A stretch of DNA of 52,574 nt from a virus (Duplodnaviria > Caudoviricetes): the IMG/VR virus record IMGVR_UViG_3300043446_003894, positions 1 to 52,574 of that record; one strand, written 5' to 3'. Positions 9,429 through 19,108 of this stretch are shown here, piece by piece (position 1 is the first letter of the stretch; every line of letters starts with the position of its first letter). Both the position numbers and the translations under genes were made by a program. A model generated the notes under the pieces. The model was given only the letters and a program-made list of their open reading frames with translations. It was not told the DNA's origin and did not search any database.

Positions 9429-10001
9429 TTAGATCGCAACAACGGACGCATTGAATTGCGACTCGTTGATGGTTACGCGCACAACCGTGTACGCATCTCC
9501 CCAAGCATTGTCGGGGTACGGGGCCAGATCACGAATCAGCATCTGTGCGCTGTTACCAGCACCAGCGAGAGTCGTGGACAGGGTGCATTGCGACAGACCC
9601 GTGGTGGTCGAGCCGGCGGTCGTGTTCGACAGATCGGCCATATCACCAACAGAAGTCTGCGCCAGCGAACCGGCAGCCTGAATTTCATAAACGATGTTGG
9701 GATCGTTGTAGAAATACGCCACGCACGAACCAGTCTGGTAGGCGGTGTTTGCCGGCCAGTAGTTCGAGACGCGACGGCGGCCAGTGGTGTCAGTCCATTC
9801 GACACCAGCAAACGCACCTTGGAAGGCATCGCCAGCAGCGGCGACGACGATGTTGCCCGAAGAGTTCAGCTTTACGGGCTGGCCCTTCAAAATGTCGGTG
9901 TTGTAAGCCGACGCAATTCCGTTGGCAAGCGCCTGAGCACGATCCAATCCTGACGGATGAAAGGCAGGGCGAAGGCCAAACGGAGCATTAGACGAAGACA
10001 T
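9429..10001 (-). CDS. Capsid cement/decoration protein
   Basis: NAPFGLRP start, DPNIVYEIQ motif; immediately upstream of the capsid gene. Confidence 0.6.
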   Translation of the reverse strand: MSSSNAPFGLRPAFHPSGLDRAQALANGIASAYNTDILKGQPVKLNSSGNIVVAAAGDAFQGAFAGVEWTDTTGRRRVSNYWPANTAYQTGSCVAYFYNDPNIVYEIQAAGSLAQTSVGDMADLSNTTAGSTTTGLSQCTLSTTLAGAGNSAQMLIRDLAPYPDNAWGDAYTVVRVTINESQFNASVVAI

Positions 10002-10025
10002 AATGTTCTCCTGAGTTTGGGTTTC

Positions 10026-10568
10026 CTAGCCACCGAAAACGGGGGCAGGGACGTATTTATCCATTTGGTCTATCCCGTCGCCCTCAACCATCGTCAAATT
10101 CCGACCAGTCCTGTCCGTGCCCACTTGCTGCGCAGCTTGGACGCGAATCTTTTGCGCCTCTTCTTGCGGAGCATCGTGGTGAAAGTGCGCCATAACTTCC
10201 TGATACATGTCCATCGGGAGTTTATAGAGCAACATTTCATTGCACGCGATGAAACCGGTCTGCTCGCCAGCCTTTACGCGGTAATTTTCAAAGCCGGGCA
10301 ACTCATCCGCTTTCACGGGAACGTAGCCAAGCCGAATCCGCTTGTCGATGCTGTCGTAGCTATTCGTGGTTGAAAGCCAGCACAAGTGCCACCCCGGAAT
10401 CTCCGGAGTGCCGGGTAGTGCCGATTGTGTCCATTCATCTTTCCACATCTTGCGACGCTCATCAGATGAAACGAACTTGTCCTCTGGGGCCTCTCGAACC
10501 TTGTCAAGACTCCCGCGATTAACGCGTCCCCCAGCGGTAAGATTCCTTTTTAAACGTGTATCTGCCAT
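10026..10568 (-). CDS. Conserved head-module protein
   Basis: PGWHLCWLS...RLGYVPVKADE motif; between scaffold and capsid genes. Confidence 0.6.
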   Translation of the reverse strand: MADTRLKRNLTAGGRVNRGSLDKVREAPEDKFVSSDERRKMWKDEWTQSALPGTPEIPGWHLCWLSTTNSYDSIDKRIRLGYVPVKADELPGFENYRVKAGEQTGFIACNEMLLYKLPMDMYQEVMAHFHHDAPQEEAQKIRVQAAQQVGTDRTGRNLTMVEGDGIDQMDKYVPAPVFGG

Positions 10569-10578
10569 GTCATTCTCC

Positions 10579-11583
10579 TTAGACTCGATTGTGTGATTCT
10601 TGAGCGTAGCGCTTGATCATCTTCGCTCGCTTTACGGGGTCGTCCCACATACCTGCATCTTTCATAGCGCGCACTTGCTCTGGAGCCAATACAAATTGGT
10701 TCCTGCCGCCACTACTCGATACATTTTCACGACCTGATCCCGTCACCACATTCCTCGGTCTGGAGGTTCGGGCAGAATTCCGCTCCTCTACGCCATCAGT
10801 ATAGCGATGCGGCAGATACCTTTGCAAGCGGTTATCGAACTCCTCCCAATATTCTCTGGTGGCAGGGTTCCATCCCTCTTCGCTCAAGGCATTATCGATC
10901 GTTGCTGCAACCCGTGAATCCGCATCGCGGCCGTTCGGGTCGTACCATGGGTTTTGGTCCATCCAGTTCTTGGCATTGGCCACCACCATGGGGTTTGGCT
11001 GCTGGATTGTCTGCTGGCGCTCAGGCTGAACAGCCCGTTTTTTGAGCGCCTCCAGCGCCTCGTACTGCCGGCGGGCCTCAAACCACATTTCCTGCGCTGA
11101 GGCGTGCAATTCGCCGTTTCCGGACTGAATTGCCTCCGACATTTTCTGTTTTGCAAACAGAATTCGGCTGTGTTGGTCCTCCATCGCCTTGGTCAGGCGC
11201 GCAAGATCACTGCCGTGGGTCTTTTTTTCCAAAACAGACAGCCGCTCGAGCAAATCTTGATTCTGGCGCGTCAACAGATCCAGTTTCATGTCCTTTTCGG
11301 ACGCGACTTGCTTGTGATATTCCTTTCGAGCCTTGCGTTTTGCCCGTTTTTGAGCCCGGATGGCCTCCGCGTCAGGGTCAATCTCGCCCCCGGCAGCCAT
11401 CTCCGCGGCTCGCGCCGCCTCATCAGCCTCATCCGAGTCATCTTCGTGCTCAGAATTGGCTTTAACGGCCTCTTTTTGCGGCGAAGGGATGCTTTCAGGC
11501 AAATCAACGACGGCAGAACCGTCCGATTCCTCTTGAATCATCATCACTTCGGCGTTTTCCTGCTCTTTTTGCTCGGTCGTCAT
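10579..11583 (-). CDS. Capsid scaffolding protein
   Basis: Acidic N-terminus, long coiled coil, WMDQNPWY, C-terminal LAPEQVRAMKDAG helix; canonical position. Confidence 0.7.
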   Translation of the reverse strand: MTTEQKEQENAEVMMIQEESDGSAVVDLPESIPSPQKEAVKANSEHEDDSDEADEAARAAEMAAGGEIDPDAEAIRAQKRAKRKARKEYHKQVASEKDMKLDLLTRQNQDLLERLSVLEKKTHGSDLARLTKAMEDQHSRILFAKQKMSEAIQSGNGELHASAQEMWFEARRQYEALEALKKRAVQPERQQTIQQPNPMVVANAKNWMDQNPWYDPNGRDADSRVAATIDNALSEEGWNPATREYWEEFDNRLQRYLPHRYTDGVEERNSARTSRPRNVVTGSGRENVSSSGGRNQFVLAPEQVRAMKDAGMWDDPVKRAKMIKRYAQESHNRV

Positions 11584-12005
11584 ACGAATGCCCTCACTTC
11601 AAGCGGGTTGCCCGTGATTTTGGCAATGACTTCGTGGTCATTCAGAATAATGAACTCCACTTTCTCGTCATCACTGATGGGAACCTCCCACCGATCGCCC
11701 GTCCATTTGGGGACGCGCAAATAATCACCGACCTCAATCCATGTGCCCTCGGGCCATGGCTCCAAAGTTTCGCGGTTCTTGAACGCCAACGGTCCAATTG
11801 CCACGACCTTACCCACCGGGTTTTGTGCCTTTTCCGTATCTCGCGTCTCTTCCGGCAAATAAATGCCAGACGCGGTCATACGTTTTTTCGGCATCCGCAG
11901 TTGAATTAGCACTCTCGCGCCAAGCGGCTTTGCTCCCGGGTCTACAGCAGGAAAGGCTTCCCGCAAATCGGCCGAATCACCAGCCACCGGTTCATTCATG
12001 TTCAT
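11580..12005 (-). CDS. groES: GroES-like co-chaperonin
   Basis: KPLGARVLIQ, TASGIYLP, GKVVAIGPLA, EVGDY, ILNDHEVIAKI. Confidence 0.85.
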   Translation of the reverse strand: MNMNEPVAGDSADLREAFPAVDPGAKPLGARVLIQLRMPKKRMTASGIYLPEETRDTEKAQNPVGKVVAIGPLAFKNRETLEPWPEGTWIEVGDYLRVPKWTGDRWEVPISDDEKVEFIILNDHEVIAKITGNPLEVRAFV

Positions 12006-12177
12006 CTTTTTCCTTCATTAGATTATTAAGTGCGTCAAGACTAGCTTGCAGCCCCTGATGTTGTCCGACTAGGCGTTGATAGGTTTCAAAGTTGACGCAG
12101 TTGCCTTCAACCAATGAAGCAGCTATCTCTGCCTGATGCGCTTTTACAGCGCTAATGAAGTCGGAAATCAGTTTCAT
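11992..12177 (-). CDS. Small conserved helical protein
   Basis: FETYQRLVGQHQGL motif; upstream of groES. Confidence 0.6.
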   Translation of the reverse strand: MKLISDFISAVKAHQAEIAASLVEGNCVNFETYQRLVGQHQGLQASLDALNNLMKEKDEHE

Positions 12178-12353
12178 GCGTTACTTTTCTCGACGCCCTT
12201 GGGTTGAGAAAAATTCCCATGGTCGCTGTTGGCCTCTGTCATCGTCGCTTTTCCTTGCTCTTTCAATTCGCTTCCGGTTACCCATGCGCCAGCCGCCATG
12301 CGGTGATGCTGTTTAACGGCTTCCGATTGCTCTTCTTTAACGTCAATTGCCAT
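12174..12353 (-). CDS. Hypothetical protein (59 aa, not in the ORF track)
   Basis: Translated by hand: MAIDVKEEQSEAVKQHHRMAAGAWV...EKSNA*. ATGA overlap with the next gene; AGGAG RBS. Confidence 0.6.
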   Translation of the reverse strand: MAIDVKEEQSEAVKQHHRMAAGAWVTGSELKEQGKATMTEANSDHGNFSQPKGVEKSNA

Positions 12354-12355
12354 GA

Positions 12356-14860
12356 TTACTCTCCTAGTTTGCGTTGGGCTTCTTCGTTAAGTTTAATCGC
12401 GGTCTCTCCCTGCTCTTTTTGGAGCCGGGCCTCGTCCACGGTGAGGTCTGCTGCTTTCATGCGCTCTTGCGTCAAATTGTTCTCTGCATTCATTGCAATA
12501 TCAACCTGACGTTTCTTGTCTTTCTCTGCAACATCAGCCTGCAACTTGGCCATGTTGAATTGCAGATCAGACTGGTCTTTTGCCGCGCGACGTTGCGTCT
12601 CAGCCATCGACGCCTGCAGCACAGCCTGCGCCTCGCCATCCATCGGCGGAGCGGGCGGCTTGAACTGCTGCATCATCTGGCCAAGCTGCTCGAGAATCGG
12701 CAGCACGCCCTTGAACACTTCCTGCGTGTCCATCTTGACGTGGTCAGATGCCAGCGCAATTGCGGTGTCAATTTGTTTGACCAGCTTCGAGTCTTCGTAC
12801 TTCCCGAAATTGACCTGAGCGCTGCCCGTAACGTAGGTCTGCATCTGGTTGGTATACCAGAGCATCATGTGCTGCTTGATGTGCTCCAACACCTGCGGAA
12901 TGAACCGTGGAGCGATCAATTTGTTTGACCCAAGGGTTGGGTCGATTGCAAAGTTTAGATGGCTCTGAATGTGCGCCAGTTGATCCTGCCGCGGGTATGC
13001 GAATGCAGGCTTGCCTAACGCCATGGCGGCATTCTCGTCTGCGGCATTCATCTCTGCAGGCTTTGCGGCGTTTGGCATCAACTCGTTCACGTTTGGAATC
13101 TTCATTTGCTTGAGCGTGCGACTGACCACCGCGCGACGATCAAACACTTCCGGGAAGGTGGAGGCCAACTGCAGCACGGCTTGCATCTGCGCCATTCTCT
13201 GGGTCTCAGAGAAAATGTGCGGATCTGAAACCGGAATGACGTCCGTATTGCGTTTGAAATCTTCTCGGCGAATCGGCAACTCTGCAACGACGTCGCCTTT
13301 TTTCTGCTCGTCAAGATACCAACGATTGATGCGCGCAAGAATCATCAGCACACGACGCTGCGAATCATGCAGGCGTGCGTGAATGGAACTGAACACTGCA
13401 GCGCCTTGCTCAATCAGGGCCTGCGTGGTCCCGACAGGCATGTTGTTGGTGGCATCAGCTATCTTTTCTTCAGAGGTCGTGACGACCCCTTTTGCAGCGT
13501 CTGTGAGCCATCCCAGCAACTGGAACAGGATTGGCGAGGGCGGGTTGAACGGCATCGGCATGGCGATCTTGCGGATGTCGTCCACGCCGGGCGCGCCCTC
13601 AACTTCAGTCACCTGCGTGACATCAATTTGCTGACTCTGGCCAGAAATCTTGGCGCCCTTGAGTTTGAGCATCGTGGCCGAGTTGTTGATGTGCGCCGTA
13701 TCCATCAGCGCGCGCAATGCGCCAGTCAAGGCGGCTGACAACCCACCAATCAGGTGCGGCAATCCAACAGCGTATGCACCACGCCACGGGATGAACTTGA
13801 ACTCGACGATCCAATCCAGCTTGGTCATCGCGTCGTCGCCTTCTTCCCAGTTGCGATACAGGCCCAATACTTTGGACTCTAGTTCGTCAATCATCAGGAT
13901 ATAGGGCGCGCTCTCGCCTTTGGAATACTTGTCGTCATCAATCGTGAGGTAGGTGTATATGTGATACACCCGGCGCAGGCCGTCCTGATTTTCTTCTGGG
14001 CGCTTGCCCTCAATCTTTTGGTTTGCCTTCTCCGCGGCAGAAAACTCAGGCTCTGCGGTTGCGCGAATCAGATTGATGTCGCGATAGATGCCGCTACTGA
14101 TGCGCTGGTTCATCTCCCATTCGGTGATGTCCTGCACCTCAGTTGCACGTTGCGCGGTGTAAAAATTGGTCGCCGAAAACGGCAGCAGCATGTTGTCGAT
14201 CGGAATGAATTCCGCACAAGGACGACGCTTTTTCTCGTCGTACCACAGTTTCATGTACTGACTTCCGCCAAGAGGCAATTGCGTGAGCAGCACTTCCTGC
14301 TCATCGCGGAATTCTTCAATTTGCTCGGTGAGTTGCCAGTTCATGTAGTCGCGCTTGCGCTCGGCCACTTCCTGCTTCTCGTCAGTCACGTCACCAAGAA
14401 TCTTGGTCCTCGTCGGACCGTCAGGCGGGAACATTTCCTTGATCGCTTTGGATGCGAAGTCAACGCACGCCTCAGCCATGATCGGATGCACCACCTTTGA
14501 TGCGCCCTCGAAGTTTGCTCCGCCCGGCGCATCCTTGCCGAGGCCAGTGCGCTTGAGCCCTTCCTCGTACTGCTTGTCGCGCTCCTTGCGGGCCTCCTTG
14601 TCGCGCTCGACGTACTCGAGATAGCGCAACGCCATCGAACTGAGGTCCATCAGGTCAACGGTCTGGGCAAGGTTGGAATAGAAGTCCTCGTTCTCCTCCG
14701 GACCCTCAAATTCCCCCATCGTCACAATGGCAGAACCGTCCGGCAATTCATCAACGTCGGACACGTCCTCTTGCACCTCAACCAGAGCACCACCGTCCTC
14801 GGTCATGCTCAACCCGTCAATGAAGCGGTTGAAATTTGGGTCTATCGGCATCTCAGGCAT
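12356..14860 (-). CDS. Portal protein (P22-like, long C-terminal barrel)
   Basis: 834 aa; VVHPIMAEACVDF, RDYMNWQL, PVGTTQALIEQG, DVIPVSDP; Gln-rich coiled C-terminus. Confidence 0.85.
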   Translation of the reverse strand: MPEMPIDPNFNRFIDGLSMTEDGGALVEVQEDVSDVDELPDGSAIVTMGEFEGPEENEDFYSNLAQTVDLMDLSSMALRYLEYVERDKEARKERDKQYEEGLKRTGLGKDAPGGANFEGASKVVHPIMAEACVDFASKAIKEMFPPDGPTRTKILGDVTDEKQEVAERKRDYMNWQLTEQIEEFRDEQEVLLTQLPLGGSQYMKLWYDEKKRRPCAEFIPIDNMLLPFSATNFYTAQRATEVQDITEWEMNQRISSGIYRDINLIRATAEPEFSAAEKANQKIEGKRPEENQDGLRRVYHIYTYLTIDDDKYSKGESAPYILMIDELESKVLGLYRNWEEGDDAMTKLDWIVEFKFIPWRGAYAVGLPHLIGGLSAALTGALRALMDTAHINNSATMLKLKGAKISGQSQQIDVTQVTEVEGAPGVDDIRKIAMPMPFNPPSPILFQLLGWLTDAAKGVVTTSEEKIADATNNMPVGTTQALIEQGAAVFSSIHARLHDSQRRVLMILARINRWYLDEQKKGDVVAELPIRREDFKRNTDVIPVSDPHIFSETQRMAQMQAVLQLASTFPEVFDRRAVVSRTLKQMKIPNVNELMPNAAKPAEMNAADENAAMALGKPAFAYPRQDQLAHIQSHLNFAIDPTLGSNKLIAPRFIPQVLEHIKQHMMLWYTNQMQTYVTGSAQVNFGKYEDSKLVKQIDTAIALASDHVKMDTQEVFKGVLPILEQLGQMMQQFKPPAPPMDGEAQAVLQASMAETQRRAAKDQSDLQFNMAKLQADVAEKDKKRQVDIAMNAENNLTQERMKAADLTVDEARLQKEQGETAIKLNEEAQRKLGE

Positions 14861-14883
14861 CGTTACTTCCCTGTTTAATTTTG

Positions 14884-14892
14884 TGTTACCAT
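14884..14892 (+). promoter_or_regulatory. Extended -10 promoter (TGn-TACCAT) for a leaderless antisense gene
   Basis: TGTTACCAT at 14884-14892 with ATG 7 nt downstream at 14899. Confidence 0.45.
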
Positions 14893-14898
14893 TTGGGC

Positions 14899-15204
14899 AT
14901 GCACACTTGTCAGCGAACCCGTAATAACTACCCTTACGTCGTCACCCATGTTGGTGGCTGGTGGGAGGTTGTTTTTGTCGAGGCCGCGCTCAATCGACGC
15001 ACCAGTGTTGGCGAATTCGATACTGAGGAATTGGCTGTTATCCATGCCCGGTCTCTCAATGAGCGGTGGTGGCAGCAGACTCTAGCGCGCCACGTCGCCG
15101 TGTTGACGATTGCGAGGGCGCAGGAAACATCCGCCGCTCACCTTGCTTCAGTCGGGCGCGCATCTCTGTGGCAGCGGCTGAAGGCGGCCTTGCGCCTTCG
15201 GTAA
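14899..15204 (+). CDS. Antisense small protein (101 aa) overlapping the 3' end of the polyvalent protein gene
   Basis: Fills the otherwise empty 14861-15055 gap; globular-looking N-terminal half (YPYVVTHVGGWWEVVFVE...GEFDTEELAVIHARSLNE). Confidence 0.5.
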   Translation: MHTCQRTRNNYPYVVTHVGGWWEVVFVEAALNRRTSVGEFDTEELAVIHARSLNERWWQQTLARHVAVLTIARAQETSAAHLASVGRASLWQRLKAALRLR

Positions 15205-18200
15205 GGTAGTCCTGCCGCTCCATGTACAGCCGGTCTCTGACCGGGTCTGCCTTGCCATACCGGAAATTTGCCTGTTTGCCCAGCAATTCGTGGGCAACCG
15301 CCTGCGCATCCAGAAACTCACCCGGGATCTGGCCCTTGTTGTACTCGAAGGGCATCACCACCACGCCACCTAGCCGCGGGTTGTGCGCCACAATCATCCC
15401 CGGCAACCGTTCGCCCAAGGCAATCACCTGCTCGTTGGTCAGGCCCTCGGGCGTGCGGATCAGCATCGCACTGGCGTCCTTGATCTGGTTGGTGGCCATC
15501 GGCACAAAGCGGTGCGCCGCCATCGACTCCTGCGCCAGTTCTTGGCCGGCCGTCGCAATGTCTGCGCGAAGGGCCTTATTTCCGCTCAGGGAGCCCGCTC
15601 GCGGCACATCGACCGCTACCAAGGGGTTGGTCTCCAAGTCGCCTGCAAAGTTCTCGTAGACGCCTTGTCCGGGCCGTTTGACGGTCTTCCTGCCGCCCAT
15701 GACGTCCATGGACACCGGCGCACCTTCACCGGTCAGGCTGCGCGTGACAGTCTGCTGCCACTCCCGCGGCAAATTCTTGGCCAGATCCGGCGCGACAGCC
15801 TCCACAGTCAACGTGGCCGGCGTGAAGGGCCGACGCGCTGCAGCCGCCGCCGTGTTCAATGCCGACTCGCCAGCACGGACCGCTTTCGGCGCAGCCTTGA
15901 CCGCACCAACCAGCGCACCCGGATTTATCAGGCTCAAACCAGTCTCCATCATCGGGCGCTCGGTCTCACTGGCTAACCCGTACTCTTGCGCCAACTCTTT
16001 CAGGTGTTCGCTGCCAAGAAACGGCCTATCAGAACCCAACTGGAAACCGACTGGCTTACGACCCGCATCCGAAACCATAAAATCAACGCCCTGCAACCCG
16101 AGATTGATGAGGTCTGACGGCATCCCCAGCAAGCCAGCGCCTACGCCCTTGACCAGCAGGTCCTTGGTGGCCCCGGGCTTTTTCAGGGACTCAACCTCTT
16201 CGCGCGCTTGTTCCTTTGCTTTGCGAGCCAGTATCTGGCCAATCAACTCTTGCCGCTCCGGGTTGTAGTCATGCGTCTGGCGCCACTTTGCGCCCTGACG
16301 CGCCAGCATCGGATTCATTGTGGCAGCGCCACCCTCATCAAATTTTTGTTCGGCCTTGGCCCCATAGCGCGGCTTTTTAGCCAACACCAGCGGTCCAATC
16401 TGAATCACTTCCTCTGCGCCAAGAATCGGCTCCATGGTTGTGCGGTCGTAGAAGTAGCCATGGCGCTCTGGGTCGTAACCTACTTGGCGCCAATCTTTGT
16501 GCTTGAGGTACTTCTGCGCATTCTTGACGGCGGTCTGCTCGTCCATCGGATTCCATTCGCCGCGGATCACAGCAAACGGAGCCTTGGCAGTCTCCCCAGT
16601 TGCAACCTTCATCGCCTTGTCAGGGGAGCCAATCATCGTGGCATTCTTGACGGCAGACACCGAGCCGTAAACGGTCGGGGCGTCCTTGCGATGGATTGAG
16701 TTCACCCACACGCCATGGTCCTTGTAGGCCGGGATGTCCAGACGAAGGTCCGTCTGCTCGCCGGTTGCAATCTCACCGGCCTTTCCAAACATGGGGCGCT
16801 TCGCCTCATTCAGCGCACGCATCGCGTCATCGTAGGTTGCCGGCTGCGGAACAAACCCGTAGGGCATCACCGGCTTAAACTGATTGACGATTCTGTCGTA
16901 TTCGATTGGGCTCATCTCGCCGCGGGCAACTTTTTGAGCGGCCTCAGTCAACTCAGGCACGCGCTTGGTCACATCCTTGTAGTTCATGTCGATGCGATTT
17001 ACTACAGGCGCTATCGCCTCAGCCTCTTCCGTTGCCTTTGCAATGGCTTTTGAAATTTTTGAAATTCCACCACCAGCCATTTCAAGCTGGACCTCACCGC
17101 CTGACGCCTTCGTAATGTCGGGATCGGCGATGTCATACGTGCCGCGGTTGCCAATGTCAGACTTCACCTGCTCAGGTCTAAATACACCGAGGTTTTTTGT
17201 GTTCGATTCACGCATATATGCACCATCGAATCCTAACCGACGGATGGCGCTCAACACTTCAGGGTCTTCGATGTACGACCAGTCGCCAGTGCGAAGAGCA
17301 TGCAGCATGTCTTCGTGCGAAGCCTGACGCGCGATCGACAACGGGTTGGCCTCCGAACCGTAGGGGATCGCGTCAGCTACCGCCTTGACGTGCTCCGCGT
17401 TCTCGTAGTCAAACGGGTTCTTGGTATGCACACGCACTGGGTAAACCTGACCGCCCTCCAGCGGGGACAGGGAAGGCCCTCTAGCATACGATGACGCAAA
17501 TTCAGGATCAGGTGAGGTGAAGATCATTCCCCTACGTTGCCCGGGCATGATAGACGTCAGACCCTCCTCTGGTATCTCTGGCATCGGCTTGGCGGTTACC
17601 ACGTTGCCTTGCCAGTCGTATTCGGTCAGCGGTTTTTCTGTGCCAGTCTGCTTATGGATCACCTGCGGCTTGCGATATGTGCCGTGATACATCCGGCGCT
17701 TCTCTTTGCTCTGGGCCAACATCTTCTCGAGGTTGGCGGCCGACTCCGCTGCGGGCAGGACAGCCTGCTGACCACGCCGGGCGGCCAGAATGTTTTCGGC
17801 TTCTTTAGTTGCCTTACCAACGGCTCGGCTTACTTTTGAAACACCGCCACCAACGTCGTATTTGGGCGCGTAAAGCGTTTGCCCGCCATCGGATAGGTCA
17901 GGCATCGTGTTGTCGTCGGTCTGGCCTACAGGGCCGCCTACAGCCCCGCCACTGGCCTTGCGCAGCGAGCGGTGAGCAAGGCGCACGTGCCCCTTCTCCA
18001 TCTGCTCGATCTTTTCCTTCAGGCGCTTGTGCATGGCGTCTTTGTCGATTGCGCCGCCTTTCTTGTAGCCCTCCTTTTGCAGGAAGGTCAAATAATCTTC
18101 TGTAATGTCTTGCGAAGGCAGACCCTTACCTTTTTCGCCCATCGTCAAATCATAGTAACTGGGCGAACGTTTCTTCTGGCGCTTGAATTCGGCCGTGTAA

Positions 18201-19105
18201 TCACGCAGAGCAAGCCCGCTAGGCGCGGGTCGAAATACAACGCCTTTGTCTTCGCCCTGCAAGATATACGGGAATCCCGGGTGTAGATCTGGACGGTTTT
18301 TTACTTCGCCAGACAACGTGAAAAGACGCGGCCCCACTGAAAACGTTGGCACGTCGCCACCATGCTCAGGGTGAAGCAAAAGCGGTTCGGTTTCACGCTT
18401 GAGAATTTCGGACGGCTGGAAGATCACGCCCTTGCCAGATTTCTCGCCGCCAAGAGCAACGCCGCCTTTGCTCGGCGCAATACCTTGCCCCATCATCACG
18501 TCAGCCAATGCGGCGCGCTTCTCAAAGGTATCGGCCCGCTGCCAAATTTTGGGGTCGCGGATGTCTGCCCCTTCACCGAAAGTCAGCGCGAGATTATGGT
18601 TAATCTTTTCAGCCAGTTCGTCGGACAGGTTCCCCTGCTTCATCGAATCAACAAAGCCCCGACGCAACTTGTTGAAGACCAGCGGGTTGGTCTTAAGTTG
18701 ATCAGCGCTGCCCAACAAAGTCGTCCAGAGGGTGTTCTCGTCAGACTGATTGATCAACCTGCTGGCTGTCGGCCTGTCGCCAACACCCCATACGGCGCCC
18801 TCATAAAACGGGTCTACATGCTGTAGCCCGGGAAACATAGCCCCACCGATGTTGCCACCGCCGACTCGAGTGCGATCTGATTGAGTGACGCGATACTTGC
18901 CTTTGCCCTCGAGGTTCATGCTGCCCAGAGCCTCGGACATCTTCATTGGCGCGGTCGCCTTGTGAACGTCTGCAGCACGCCGACCAGCGCTGGCGCGCTC
19001 TTCCGCTTTGAGGGCTCGTTCAGCGGCAAGCGCTACATCCGCCTCTTCTCCCGCGGCCTTGATCACGGAAGTTATCTTCGCCCCAATCTTTTTCGGATCA
19101 GCCAT
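15056..19105 (-). CDS. Large polyvalent protein with ADP-ribosyltransferase (ART-PolyVal-like) domain
   Basis: MYHGT...IFTSPDPEFASSYA...VYPVRV...KNPFDY...GFDG...LGVFRPEQVKSDIGNRGTYD at about 17110-17700; other modules unassigned. Confidence 0.7.
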   Translation of the reverse strand: MADPKKIGAKITSVIKAAGEEADVALAAERALKAEERASAGRRAADVHKATAPMKMSEALGSMNLEGKGKYRVTQSDRTRVGGGNIGGAMFPGLQHVDPFYEGAVWGVGDRPTASRLINQSDENTLWTTLLGSADQLKTNPLVFNKLRRGFVDSMKQGNLSDELAEKINHNLALTFGEGADIRDPKIWQRADTFEKRAALADVMMGQGIAPSKGGVALGGEKSGKGVIFQPSEILKRETEPLLLHPEHGGDVPTFSVGPRLFTLSGEVKNRPDLHPGFPYILQGEDKGVVFRPAPSGLALRDYTAEFKRQKKRSPSYYDLTMGEKGKGLPSQDITEDYLTFLQKEGYKKGGAIDKDAMHKRLKEKIEQMEKGHVRLAHRSLRKASGGAVGGPVGQTDDNTMPDLSDGGQTLYAPKYDVGGGVSKVSRAVGKATKEAENILAARRGQQAVLPAAESAANLEKMLAQSKEKRRMYHGTYRKPQVIHKQTGTEKPLTEYDWQGNVVTAKPMPEIPEEGLTSIMPGQRRGMIFTSPDPEFASSYARGPSLSPLEGGQVYPVRVHTKNPFDYENAEHVKAVADAIPYGSEANPLSIARQASHEDMLHALRTGDWSYIEDPEVLSAIRRLGFDGAYMRESNTKNLGVFRPEQVKSDIGNRGTYDIADPDITKASGGEVQLEMAGGGISKISKAIAKATEEAEAIAPVVNRIDMNYKDVTKRVPELTEAAQKVARGEMSPIEYDRIVNQFKPVMPYGFVPQPATYDDAMRALNEAKRPMFGKAGEIATGEQTDLRLDIPAYKDHGVWVNSIHRKDAPTVYGSVSAVKNATMIGSPDKAMKVATGETAKAPFAVIRGEWNPMDEQTAVKNAQKYLKHKDWRQVGYDPERHGYFYDRTTMEPILGAEEVIQIGPLVLAKKPRYGAKAEQKFDEGGAATMNPMLARQGAKWRQTHDYNPERQELIGQILARKAKEQAREEVESLKKPGATKDLLVKGVGAGLLGMPSDLINLGLQGVDFMVSDAGRKPVGFQLGSDRPFLGSEHLKELAQEYGLASETERPMMETGLSLINPGALVGAVKAAPKAVRAGESALNTAAAAARRPFTPATLTVEAVAPDLAKNLPREWQQTVTRSLTGEGAPVSMDVMGGRKTVKRPGQGVYENFAGDLETNPLVAVDVPRAGSLSGNKALRADIATAGQELAQESMAAHRFVPMATNQIKDASAMLIRTPEGLTNEQVIALGERLPGMIVAHNPRLGGVVVMPFEYNKGQIPGEFLDAQAVAHELLGKQANFRYGKADPVRDRLYMERQDYLTEGARPPSAAATEMRARLKQGERRMFPAPSQSSTRRRGALESAATTAH

Positions 19106-19108
19106 GCA

